DNA from: Chiloscyllium plagiosum
Lineage: Eukaryota
Length of the DNA: 64,000 nucleotides
Assembly (NCBI RefSeq): GCF_004010195.1
Contig: NC_057746.1
Coordinates: forward strand, 27,600,374 to 27,664,373
Reading direction: 5' to 3'
In this document: positions 12,118 through 23,000 of the stretch, one piece after another
Layout: each line of letters begins with the position of its first letter
How positions within the stretch are numbered: the stretch's first letter is position 1
Position numbers and translations under genes: made by a program
The notes under the pieces: generated by a model
Databases searched by the model: none
What the model was told of the DNA's origin: nothing
What the model saw: the letters and a program-made list of their open reading frames with translations, nothing else

Positions 12118-13519
12118 AGAACATAGAACATAGAACAGTACAGCACAGAACAGGCCCTTGGGGCCACGATGTTATGCCGAACATTGATCCTCGTGTTAGG
12201 TAAACCTAACGTACGAACCCTCAGATTTCTGTGACCAAATGCATGTCCAGCAGTCTCTTAAATATCCCCAATGACCTCGCTTCCACAACTGCTGCTGGCG
12301 ACGCATTCCATACTCTCACAACTCTCTGCGTAAAGAACCCGCCTCTGACATCCCTTCTATACTTTCCGCCAAACAGCGTAAAACTATGACCCTTCGTGTT
12401 AACAATTTCTGCCCTGGGAAAAAGTCTCTGGGTATCAACTCTATCTATGCCTCTCATTATCGTGTACACCTCAATTAGGCCCCCTCTCTTCCTTCTTTTT
12501 TCTAATGAAAAAAGTCCGAGCCCAGTCAACCTCTCTTCGTACGATAAACCCTCTATTCCAGGCAGCATCCTGTAAACCTCCTCTGAACCCTCTCCAAAGC
12601 ATCCACGTCTTTCCTATAATAGGGCGACCAGAACTGCACACAGTATTTCAAGTGCGGTCTAACCAACGTTTTATAGAGCTGCAACACGATGTCACGGCTC
12701 TTAAACTCAATTCCCATGTTAATGAAAGCCAAAACACCATATGCTTTCTTAACAACCCTGTCCACTTGGGTGGCAATTTTAAGGGATCTATGTACCTGCA
12801 TACCAAGATCCCGCTGTCCCTCCACACTGCCAAGAATTCTGTCTTTAATCCTGTACTCAACTTTCAAATTCGACCTTCCAAAATGCATCACTTCGCATTT
12901 ATCCAGGTTGATCTCCATCTGCCATCTCTCAGCCTATCTCTGCATCCTGTCAATATCACGCTGCAGCCTACAACAGTCCTCCATACTGTCAACGACACCT
13001 CCAACCTTTGTGTCGTCTGCAAACTTGCTAAATCATCCTTCAATCTCCTCATCCAAGTCATTAATAAAAATTACAAAGCCTAGAGGCCCAAGAACAGAGC
13101 CCTGTGGAACACCACTCACCACTGACTTCCAGGCAGAATACTTTCCTTCCACTACCACTCGCTGTCTTCTGTCGACCAGCCAATTCTGTAACCAGACAGC
13201 TAAATTTCCCTGTATCCCATTCCTCCTGACCTTCTGAACGAGCCTACCATGGGGAACCTTATCAAATGCCTTGCCGAAGTCCATATACACCACATCCACC
13301 GCTCGACCCTCACCAACTTGTCTAGTAACATCCTCAAAGAACTCAATAAGATTTGTGAGGCATGACCTGCCCCTCACAAAGCCGTGCTGACTGCATTTAA
13401 TGAAGCCATGCTTTTCTAGATGGTCATAAATCCTATCCCTCAGAATCCTTTCTAACACCTTGCAGACGACAAACGTGAGACTGACTGGTCTGTAATTGCT
13501 AGGGATTTCCCTACTTCCT
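12118..13519 (-). mobile_element. 5'-truncated CR1-type LINE (reverse transcriptase region), relatively young
   Basis: ORFs with [36 protein letters not shown]; one nonsense codon and one frameshift; (TTCTATG)n tail; AGTT on both flanks. Confidence 0.93.
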
Positions 13520-14574
13520 AGTTCATCAGAGGCTCAGTGATGATGTGTACCTATTATGGTAACAAAGCATCTGAAAATGAACCTTCCAGCTCAGCGAGTA
13601 AACTTACATCAGAAGTATTATTCGATGGATGTATATGTTTTATTACAATACTTAATCATTGTTAGATTTTATCTAAACGCTTTTTAAAAATTTCACAATC
13701 TATAGTGTAGAAAATACAACTTCGATTCTAGGTACAAAATTATTACTTGCAAGTTATAGTTTGCCAATAGATTCCTGACCAGGTGGAGAAGGCTATTCTT
13801 AAAATGGAAATGAGTTACATTTTAACTAAAACATAAACATGCTGTGTGCACACACAATCAGCACAACTCATATGTATAAACACAAGAACATAGAGATGGT
13901 GGTAGAAATAGCCCACAGATCAAGCCTGCTCACTATTATTAATGATCAGCTTCACTTTCTTGCCCATCCCTTGGTTTTGGAAGTATACCAACTATTTCTC
14001 CAATCCAACCTCAAACATATTCAATGCTAGAACATAAATGACACTCTATACTGGTGAACTGAGTTGGTTCACAATCTTTGTTTATCCACTGGTTGGAGTC
14101 ATATCTAGCACACAGGAAGACAGTTGTGTTCATCAGAGGTCATTGGCTTGCTGCATTTGAACATGGTCTGCGTCAATATCTGAGGAGTTGTGAATGGTGC
14201 CATCATTATGCAATCATGAACAAAAATAGCCCACTTTATGTCAGCAGGAAGGTCACTGATGAAGAGGTAGAAGATGTTTGGGTCTATGACAATATCCTGG
14301 ACAATACAGCGGGAGTGACTCTTATTTATGAGCCTGCACTCCTGGGCTCGAGTCACACTAGAGAAAGGTTGTATTGAAAAAAATTAACCTAGACAATGCC
14401 CAGGCTTGGGTTAAGAAATAGCAAGTACAATTGCACAATACAAATGCCAGGAAATGACCCACCTCTCACCATTTTCTCAAGAACAATTTGAGATGGGCAA
14501 TAACAATGACCTAGCAAGCAATTAAATGCTCATCCAATGAATATAAGAAATAAAAACCTTCACTTTTCAGATCA

Positions 14575-15150
14575 GTCATAGGTATAGTCATATATACAGC
14601 ACAGAAACAGACACTTCGGTCTAATTTGTCCATGCCGACCAAATGTCCCAACCTAAGCTACTCCTATTTGCCAGCACTTAGCCCATATCCTTCTCAGCCC
14701 GTTCTACTCATATACCCATCAAGATGTTTTTTTTAATCTTATAATTGTACCAGCCTCCACCACTTCCTCTGGCAGCTGATTCCATACATGCATCATCCTC
14801 TGTGTGAAAAACTTGCCCCGAAGGTCTTTTTAAAAATTTTTCCTTCTCATCCTAAACCTCTGCTCTCTAGTGCTGGACCCCGCCCCCCGCCCCCCCCCCC
14901 CCCCCACCCCTCCCTTCAGGGTAAAACAAAACTTCTCTATTTATCCTATCCATGCCCCTCATGATTTTATAAACCACTATAATGTCACCCCTCAGCCTCC
15001 GACGCTCCAGGGAAAACAGCCGCAGCCTATTCAGCCTCTCCCTATTGCTCATCCCTGGCAACATCGTTGGAAATCTTCTCTGAACGCTTTCAAGTTGCAC
15101 AACATCCTTCCGAGAGGAAGGAGATCAGAATTGCACGCAATATTCCATAA
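14575..15150 (-). mobile_element. CR1-type LINE 3' fragment
   Basis: LESVQRRF..LFSLERRRLRGDII; a homologous fragment lies at about 23965-24440. Confidence 0.8.
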
Positions 15151-16075
15151 GCTAGTCTTTCTCGACTTGATCACTGGTAGACAAAATCAGGAACAGGAAA
15201 AAGGAGGCAGCAACCAACTGGACTTTGCAAATCCCTGTGAAGGTTCGCAGGAGGAATGGGGAGAATGAGTGGAGATTCTGTTGCTCTCAGCAACAAAGCA
15301 AGTACCCGGCCGACCAGAAAAATCTCTGGTGTACAATCGCGGATCTCTAAACGGACTTGAGCAAATGAATCCTTTGCTGGTCAGGTGAATTGGCCGTGCT
15401 AACTTGCCCATGGTGTTAGGTGATTAGTCAAGGGTAAATATAGAGTAGGAGAACCGGTCTGGGTGGGTTACTCTTTGGAGGGTCGGAGTGGACTTGTTAG
15501 ACCCAAGGGCCTGCTCTGTACTGTATGGAATGTAATCTAGTTCTCCGTCGTTCATCCGAGATGATTAAGGGGTCAAAAATGAGATGAGAGGAGTCAATTT
15601 AGAAAATCAATTGTTCCAACAGTAACTTATTCCACCCACTCAGCATGCAGTGGCAACCGCAATGAAAATATTTTCATTTGAATCAAGTTGATTTTTAACT
15701 TTGTGCACCTCAGTCCAACACCAGCATCTCCAAATCATTACATTTGGACAGCTGTGCTCCACACATCAGAGGAAACATTTTTTCAAGTACAAGAACGGAA
15801 ATTGCTGGAAAAACGGTCAACGGAGCCGAGAGTATAACTTTGATTTCTCTGCACAGATGCTGTCAGACCTGCTGAGCTTTTCCAGTAACGTCTGTTCTTG
15901 TTTCATTGCGATTTTGCTACTTGGTTTCTTGCTACATCAGCAATGGCGAAAGTGAGGGCTGCAGATACTGGAGATTGGAGTCCGTTTCCAGCACCACACT
16001 GTTTCAACAAGACTGGTTTAATTCCCCGCTGCGATTCAAACTACAGGAGAGTTCTGGTAAGTCTTGCATGTACTT

Positions 16076-16146
16076 GCATTGGTGGTTCAGTGGTAGAATT
16101 CTCGCCTGCCACGCGGGAGGCCCGGGTTCGATTCCCGGCCAATGCA
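16076..16146 (+). tRNA. tRNA-Gly(GCC)
   Basis: Identical 71-nt sequence; T6 Pol III terminator about 10 nt downstream. Confidence 0.97.
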
Positions 16147-16496
16147 TTGCGGAGCTTTTTTCTTTAACTTCAAATGTTACACAGTGTAACACACTTCAGC
16201 CAGATCGGATGCCTGTTTCGTTGGCTGCAGACTCTCCAATTTCCTTCCACGATAAAGACCAAGCAGGAACTTGTTCACGCAGCGTTTGGAATCTAACAGA
16301 AATCTCTACTCCACACGGCTCTGCAGACTTAACTTTTGAACATTTTCATAACAGAATCTATAGGTTTCTGGAAGGTAATGGCATTAAATAAAATGGACAT
16401 ACTACCATGAAAATATTTTCATTTGGACAAAATTAAAAATCACAGAACACCAGGTTAAAGTCCAACAGATTTAATTGGAAGCACAATCACCTGATA

Positions 16497-16763
16497 TAGG
16501 ACAGAGCTCAGGAGAAACTTCTTCACCCAGAGAGTGGTGGCTGTGTGGAATGCTCTGCCCCAGAGGGCAGTGGAGGCCCACTCTCTGGATTCATTTAAGA
16601 AAGAGTTGGATAGAGCTCTCAAAGATAGTGGAATCAAGAGTTATGGAGATAAGGCAGGAACAGGATACTGATTAGGAATGATCAGCCATGATTATATTGA
16701 ATGGCGGTGCAGGCTCGAAGGGCTGAATGGCCTACTCCTGCACCTATTGTCTATTGTCTATTG
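16497..16763 (+). mobile_element. CR1 3' end inserted into the hammerhead of a PLE-type repeat
   Basis: aggagaaacttcttcacccagagagtggtg...(ctattgt)3 tail, splitting cacctgat / aggagcagcgctccgaaagctag. Confidence 0.75.
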
Positions 16764-17756
16764 TAGGAGCAGCGCTCCGAAAGCTAGTGCTTCCAATTAA
16801 ACCTGGTGTTTTTTTGATTTTTAACTTTGTACACCCCAGTCCACTCCGGCATCTCCAAATCATTGCATTTGAACAGCTGTCTTCCGTGATATCTGGATGT
16901 ACAAAGTGCTTCACACATCAGAGGAAGCATTATTTTTAAGTACAAGAAAGGTTACTGGGAAAACGGTCAACGGAGCCGAAAGGTTAACTTTGATTTCTCT
17001 GCACAGATGCTGCCAGACCTGCTGTGCTTTTCCAGCAAATTCTGTTTTCGTTTCTGATTTCCAGTATCCGCAGTTCTTTCGGTTTTCGTTTTCTTTAAGT
17101 GTTCTTGCTGTCGTCATGATGTGCAGGTGCCAGTGTTGGACTGCGGTGGAGCAGAACACTCTTCCGTCAACGAGAACTGAACAAAACTGGCGGCACAATT
17201 AATCATAGAATCCCTACAATGTGGAAGCAGTGACCCTTCGAAGACCAACCCATTCCCCCAAGCTATATTTACCCCTGAGTAATGCATCTAATATACACAT
17301 CCTGAGCACTATGGGCAATATAGCGTGGCCAATTCACCTAACCTGTTCATCTTTGGAATGTGGAGAAATCCCACACAGACATCGGGAGAATGTGCAAACG
17401 CCTCACAGAGGGTCGCCCGAGGCCCGAAGTTTGTGGTACATCTTGGGAATAGTTAGCAGGATCAAAGAGGGCAGCGTTGTCTGAGTTATGAAATCGTGGT
17501 AAGCGCGAAATAAATTCTCGATGCAGAATTTGAGTCATCGGGGCATTTTCTATTGCTGAAGATAAACGCAATTGTCTCAAATTTGTACAAAGCCCCCATA
17601 TTGCTCAGTATAATGTAGTATCGCGATTCAAGGCTCCCCGTCTCCAATATTCCGCGAATCTATAAGGACATTTCTCTGAAGATTGAGGAAAAGAGCATAA
17701 ACCACGAACTCTTCCCAGTATTAGCGGGTTTTAAAAAATATTTTCTGGGCCACTGA

Positions 17757-18280
17757 GATTAGATTACTTACAGTGGGGAAACAGGCCCTTCGGCCCAACA
17801 AGTCCACACCGACCCTTCAAAGAGCAACCCACCCAGACCAATTTCCCTACACTTACCCCTTCACCTAACACTACGGGCAATTCACCTGATCTTTGGACTG
17901 TGGGAGGAAACCGGAGCACCCGGAGGAAACCCGCGCAGACACGGGGAGAATTTGCAAACTCCACACAGACTGTTCCCCGAGGTGGGAATTAAACCTTGGT
18001 CCAAAAGAGAAAATGCTGGACAATCTCAGCAGGTCCGGCAGCATCTGTAAGGAGAGAAAAGAGCTGACGTTTCGAGTCTAACTGACCCTTGACAAAAGGT
18101 CAGTTAGACTCGAAACGTCAGTTCTTTTTTCTCCTTACAGATGCTGCCAGACTGCTGAGATTTTCCAGCATTTTCACTTTTGGTTTCAGATTCCAGCATC
18201 CGCAGTGATTTGCTTTTATCCAGAATTGACCCTTGGTCTCGGGCGCTATGAGGCAGCAGTGCTAACCACTGCGCCACTGC
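17757..18280 (-). mobile_element. HE1 SINE interrupted by a palindromic PLE-derived insert (about 18002-18220)
   Basis: HE1 body ggaggaaaccggagcacccggaggaaaccc; insert flanked by gaattaaaccttggtc / gaattgacccttggtc. Confidence 0.8.
18001..18183. repeat. About 90-bp-arm palindrome with head-to-head degenerate hammerhead motifs
   Basis: ctgacgtttcgagtctaactgaccctt-gacaa-aaggtcagttagactcgaaacgtcag. Confidence 0.85.
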
Positions 18281-18767
18281 TTGGACCGCAGAAGCCCCTC
18301 CGTAGTGGGAAAAGTTATGCAAACCATATCGGGGTCGGGGGGGTGGAGGAAGGTGGAGGAATCAGATCAATGGTGGAACAAACTCGGAAGGCCTACTAAA
18401 CTAAAACCAAACTGTCGATACTGGAGACCTGAAACAGCAAAAGGGGCTGGAGAAACTCGGAAAACGCGGTGACAACTGTGGACAGAAAAACAAAACCTTC
18501 TGTTTCTTTTTGGGTTTCGAGGGCTCTCCACCTGCTGTCAACTCGTAGCTTCATTCATTGTTTGACAGGATTCGCTTAATATAGAAAATGCACTCCATCA
18601 GATTTGATCTCGTAGAAACCTTCAAGCAAGGGCCTCACCGCCTCTAATGCAAAGGGGACGTGTCAGCTATGGCATAGTGGTTGCATCGTTTGTGAGGGAG
18701 AGGAGTATAGGAGAGATGGAGAGATCTATGGATATAATAATAATTGAGGGATTGAGAGAATGTGTGA

Positions 18768-18940
18768 CAGCAGGTCAGGCAGCATCCTCGGAGCAGGAAA
18801 ATCGACGTTTCGGTGCTTCCTGATGAAGAATCCCGGCCCGAAACGTCGATTTTCCTGGTCCTCGGATGTTGTCTGACCTGTTGTGCTTCCCAGCAACACA
18901 TTCTCAACTCTGATGGCCAGCATCTGCAGACTTCACTGTC
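18768..18940 (+). mobile_element. Fold-back PLE terminal fragment with hammerhead core (CTGATGA 18820-18826; GAAACGTC 18840-18847)
   Basis: Inverted arms cagcaggtcaggcagcatcc...gaaaatcgacgtttcgg / ccgaaacgtcgattttcc...; stem II degenerate. Confidence 0.6.
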
Positions 18941-19671
18941 TCCCAGAATGTGTGACAGAGCGAGTTTCTTTTTAAACCCAAAAGATTTAATGTTGAGGCC
19001 TAGTTTGTTCTCTCAGATGAATGTAAATGGTATTATTCCACAGAGGTAATTAAATACTTTTTTTAAAAATTGATATCTATAAGCCAGATTCTGGTGCCCT
19101 AAGTTTCTTTGCTCTGGTTTCTACATCACCACAATGATTGGAATTCGCAAGAGCTTGGTCGTTTACACGCTGCTTTTGGACAAGGAAGGCGCTACACAAA
19201 TGGAAGTCTTCTGGTTTTGCAAATGAAATCCAGTGTCACACAGGTCTAAACCCTCGAAAGGCTTTAATTCCCCCAGTTATATAAAGCGATTCAAATACTA
19301 ATTAAAGTATTGCACATCTAGGCCGCAGCCATCAGCTCAATTCAGTTTCAGGATCCGCATCTTTTAGAAGTTTCGGCAGCATTCGTAATCAGCAGCGAGC
19401 TCGAAAGTGTACAAACAATCCCCGCCTGTTTCCGGCTCTCACCGTCGCCACTCCCCTGAAGGTCCAGCCTCTCGACCAGAGTTCTACTTAACCGCCATTA
19501 ACTAACGCTGTTCATCTTTGATGTTGTTCCTGGGTTTGTTTCTCTGAGCAAAAGTCCACAAGATCTCCACCGGTGTAATTCTATGAGAATTGCAAATAAT
19601 TTCACTGGGCATTCGTCGAACTCAGGTCCCCCAGCGTTGCAGAAAAATCGAAACAGAAAACTGGGCTCGGC

Positions 19672-20076
19672 ATGGCTTCCAGAGAAGAGACCGAAAGCTT
19701 GACCGAGGAGGCAATCTGCCCCATTTGTCTCGATTTCTTCACCGATCCGGTAATATTGGAGTGCGGGCATAACTTCTGCCGCTCCTGTATCTCTCAGTGT
19801 TGGAAAAAGAAGATGAACTGCCCGCAATGCAGACAGAAGTGTGCAAAAAAAAGTATCCGGGTGAACCGGTCCTTGGCGAACCTGGCCGAGAAAGCGCGAA
19901 AAATAAAGCTGGAACCAAAAGAGCAGGATGGTCAACCCCAATGTGAGGAGCATCAGAGAGAATTGAAGCTGTTCTGTGAAACGGACAAGAAATTGATCTG
20001 TTACATTTGCAGAGATTTGCGGGAACACAGAGGCCACCGCCTCCAGCCGATTAAAGCGGTGATTGAAAACTACAAG
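19672..20076 (+). CDS. TRIM exon 1: RING plus B-box2
   Basis: [39 protein letters not shown]...CPQC...[32 protein letters not shown]; ends AAG|gtaa. Confidence 0.95.
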
Positions 20077-23000
20077 GTAAAATGGAAACAGTTTTGACCA
20101 TCTGATGATTTCAACAGATTTTCACATTCTAACGCTTTCATCCCGTGTTTTTTTTCACCCAATGCCAGGATCAGCTGAAAGCTTCCTTAGATTCTCTCAC
20201 ACAGAAGAAATCCCAGATTGTAAAAACGGAACAGAAACAGAAACGGGTGATTTCCCAAATTAAGGTGAGCTCTTCCTCTGCTGATATTTTCTGCGGGGGA
20301 GTGGGAGTGGAGGGAGGAGAGAAGTGGGGATTTTGAAAATCAGAATCAAGAGAAACTAATGGGAAAAAGCTCAGCAGCATCTGTGGAGGGAAAGCCAGTA
20401 TTAACGTTGTGCATCCAGTGACCCTTCTTCAGAACTGATTGTAGCGAGAACAGGGTTGATGTACAGTATATGTTGAAGATGGGGTAGGAAGGGAGGAGTA
20501 AACGATCGGTGGAGATGAAGCATCCATGATCTCATTTTCCGCTTGGGAACCCTGCAGCAGTTTAATACCAAGTTAATTAATTTTAGGCTTGAGCACCTCC
20601 TCTCATGCCTTTACCTGAAACCCTATGCACCTGGCCATGTCATCACATGGGGAGCTACCACGACCCAATTAGCAAATAGTGATTACCCCAGACTAACCTT
20701 TACCATTCTTTTGTCTGTCCAACTCTGATGAAGAGTGAATTCTAGACTCGAAACGTTAGCTTGCTCTCTCCACGGATGCTACCAGATCCGCTGTTATCTC
20801 CAGCATTTGTTGTTTTCAGCACAAACTCCAGCATCTGCAGTAATTTGCCCCACACTTCCACTATCATTCACTCCTCCCCCGCCCCCACCGTAGCTTTAAC
20901 ATGCACCCCAACCTTTTAACTCTGTTAACTAACTTTTGTTAACGCTACCATGTCTCCACAGGCGCTGCCAATCTGCTGAGTTCAACCAGCAACTTCTGTT
21001 TTTCGTTTCTGGTTTTCTGAGATCTGTTCCCTTTATGGCGGGACGTTAATGAGGTTTCACATTTCATTTGGTAGGAACAGGCGAGTAGTCTACAGACCCA
21101 CATCACATTTGAGTTCACTAAAATGCACCAGATTCTCACTGAGAAAGAGCAGCGTTTACTCAGAGATCTCAGACAAGAAGAGAAGAGGATTCTGGTGACT
21201 ATTGAGCGGAATCTTGAGATTATCCAGCAGAATATAAATTCTATTGAAGATGAATACTCAAAGTTGCAGAAACAAATGGAGCAGCAAGACGAGCTGACAT
21301 TTTTGAAGGTGAGGGATCCGACTATCGCGACTTAGCTCCCTGAAATCTTTTAGCAAACCCGTCTTGTCTCAGTGTGTTCGGGGCCGGTTCTGCTGTAGTC
21401 ACCAAACCGATTAAAGAAGCAGCGGTTCATTGCAATTTTCCTCGCTATACCAGCAATGGTGGAAGTGAGGGCTGGAGATGCTGGAGATTGCAGTCGGTTT
21501 CCACTCTTTCAACAAGACCGGTTTAATTCCCTGCTGGAATTCAAACTCTAGGAGAATTGTAGTAACGTTTTTTAGCAGTTGCATTGGTGGTTCAGTGGTA
21601 GAATTCTCGCCTGCCACGCGGGAGGCCCGGGTTCGATTCCCGGCCAATGCATTGCAGAGCACTTTTTTACTTCAAATGTTACACGGCGTAATATACTTCA
21701 GCCAGATCGGATACCTGTTTCGTCTGGCTGCAAACTCTCCAATTTCCTGCCACGATAAAGACCAAGCCGGTATTTCTTCACGGAATCTAACAGAAATCTC
21801 TACCCGACACGGCTCTGTAGGGTCAACTTTTGAATATTTTCATTACATAATCTATTGGTCTCTGGAAGATAATGGCATTAAATAAAATGGACATAGTGTC
21901 ATAAAATGGTCTTGAGATGACCGGCCGTGATCTCAGAATGATGGGCCAGACTTCATAGCTGATTGGCCTATCCCTGTGTGACTGTCGCTGTCACTGTCGC
22001 TGTCTAATCTTTTCGAGTAGAAAGCTTGTTACGGTCTTCAGTGCCTGACACAAAGATTAGATTTTCAATGCAATACCGTGAAAAGAAAACAACTGGGGGA
22101 AAGAAAGGTTGGGCTTCTGTCTGCTTTTGAAAGAAATGGCCTATGCCAGAGAAAGTGGGAGAATGCTGGTTCAGTTACAATGTTTAAAAGGCAGTTGGAT
22201 AACTTCGTGAATAGGAAAGGTTTGGAGGGATATGTGTTGAAAATCAGGCAGGTGGGACTAGTTTACTTCAAGAACATAGTCTCGTGGACTGGTTGGACTC
22301 AAGGGTCTGTTTCCACGCTCTCTGACTCTAATCCTACTCTTGCTCCAGAACGTGAGAATTATCTATTCAAACATGCATTTAAATCCTTTATGAAAATTAC
22401 TTTTGAAGATACTACCCCCTACTCTCTCGTTAATTCAAACATTCCAAATCATCAAAAATCAGAATTTAAGGATGGTTCTTTAATTAATTATTTTGATGTT
22501 TTGGGTGTGTGACCCAACAGGTCTCTCAGTCCCTGCTTCTCTTTTAAAATTATTCAATTGAATTCACCAAGTCCCTTCTAAATTGCACCAATTTATGCTT
22601 CCCTCAAATCCCAATTATCAACTTCAACAGCACTTTTGTAGCGTCTCTCAATATGTTACCATCCCACTAACTTCTTTTCTTTGTTAATTCTAGGACAGCG
22701 TTTCCTTGAATGGAAGGTAGGACATTTTCTTGACTGAAATTAGACTTTTTTTTGGAAAAATAACTTAGAAAGTGGTATTTTGCAACAGATTCTTACCTGT
22801 TTATCATGACACGTTCATGTTTGAGCCCAATTTTAAGTCATTCAAACTTAAAATCAGGTCGACAAAGTTGTTAGCTGTGCAACTATAGCTAATCGGATTT
22901 CACCAGGGGCTTACTGATTATGTTACCTAGTATGGTGATGAAGCGTCTAAAAATGATCCTTCCAGTTCAGCGAGCAAACCCACATCAGAAATATAACTCT

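Larger units (their letters stand above)
8700..15150 (+). repeat. Local duplications of the tRNA-Gly cassette: one copy about 8700-11725 and a partial tandem copy about 11728-15150
   Basis: Collinear blocks shared with 21425-24440, e.g. gtgacccaacaggtctctcagtccctgc, cttgactgaaatta, agatggtggtagaaatagcccacagatcaagc, and a terminal CR1 3' end. Confidence 0.85.

Noticed and set aside
12505-13237. Plus-strand ORFs of 182-192 aa
   Set aside because: Antisense to the CR1 reverse transcriptase.
15906-16391. ORFs reading through tRNA genes ([21 protein letters not shown])
   Set aside because: Translation of tRNA-Gly sequence, not a gene.
19650-19662. IRF/ISRE-like GAAACAGAAAACT before the TRIM ATG
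   Set aside because: Imperfect short motif in an A-rich context; cannot be supported from sequence alone.
19498-20037. 179-aa minus-strand ORF
   Set aside because: Antisense shadow of TRIM exon 1.
21922-21948. ggccgtgatc resembling the tRNA-His 5' end, and aatgatg resembling a C box
   Set aside because: Only about 9 nt match; no tRNA body or D box/terminal stem.
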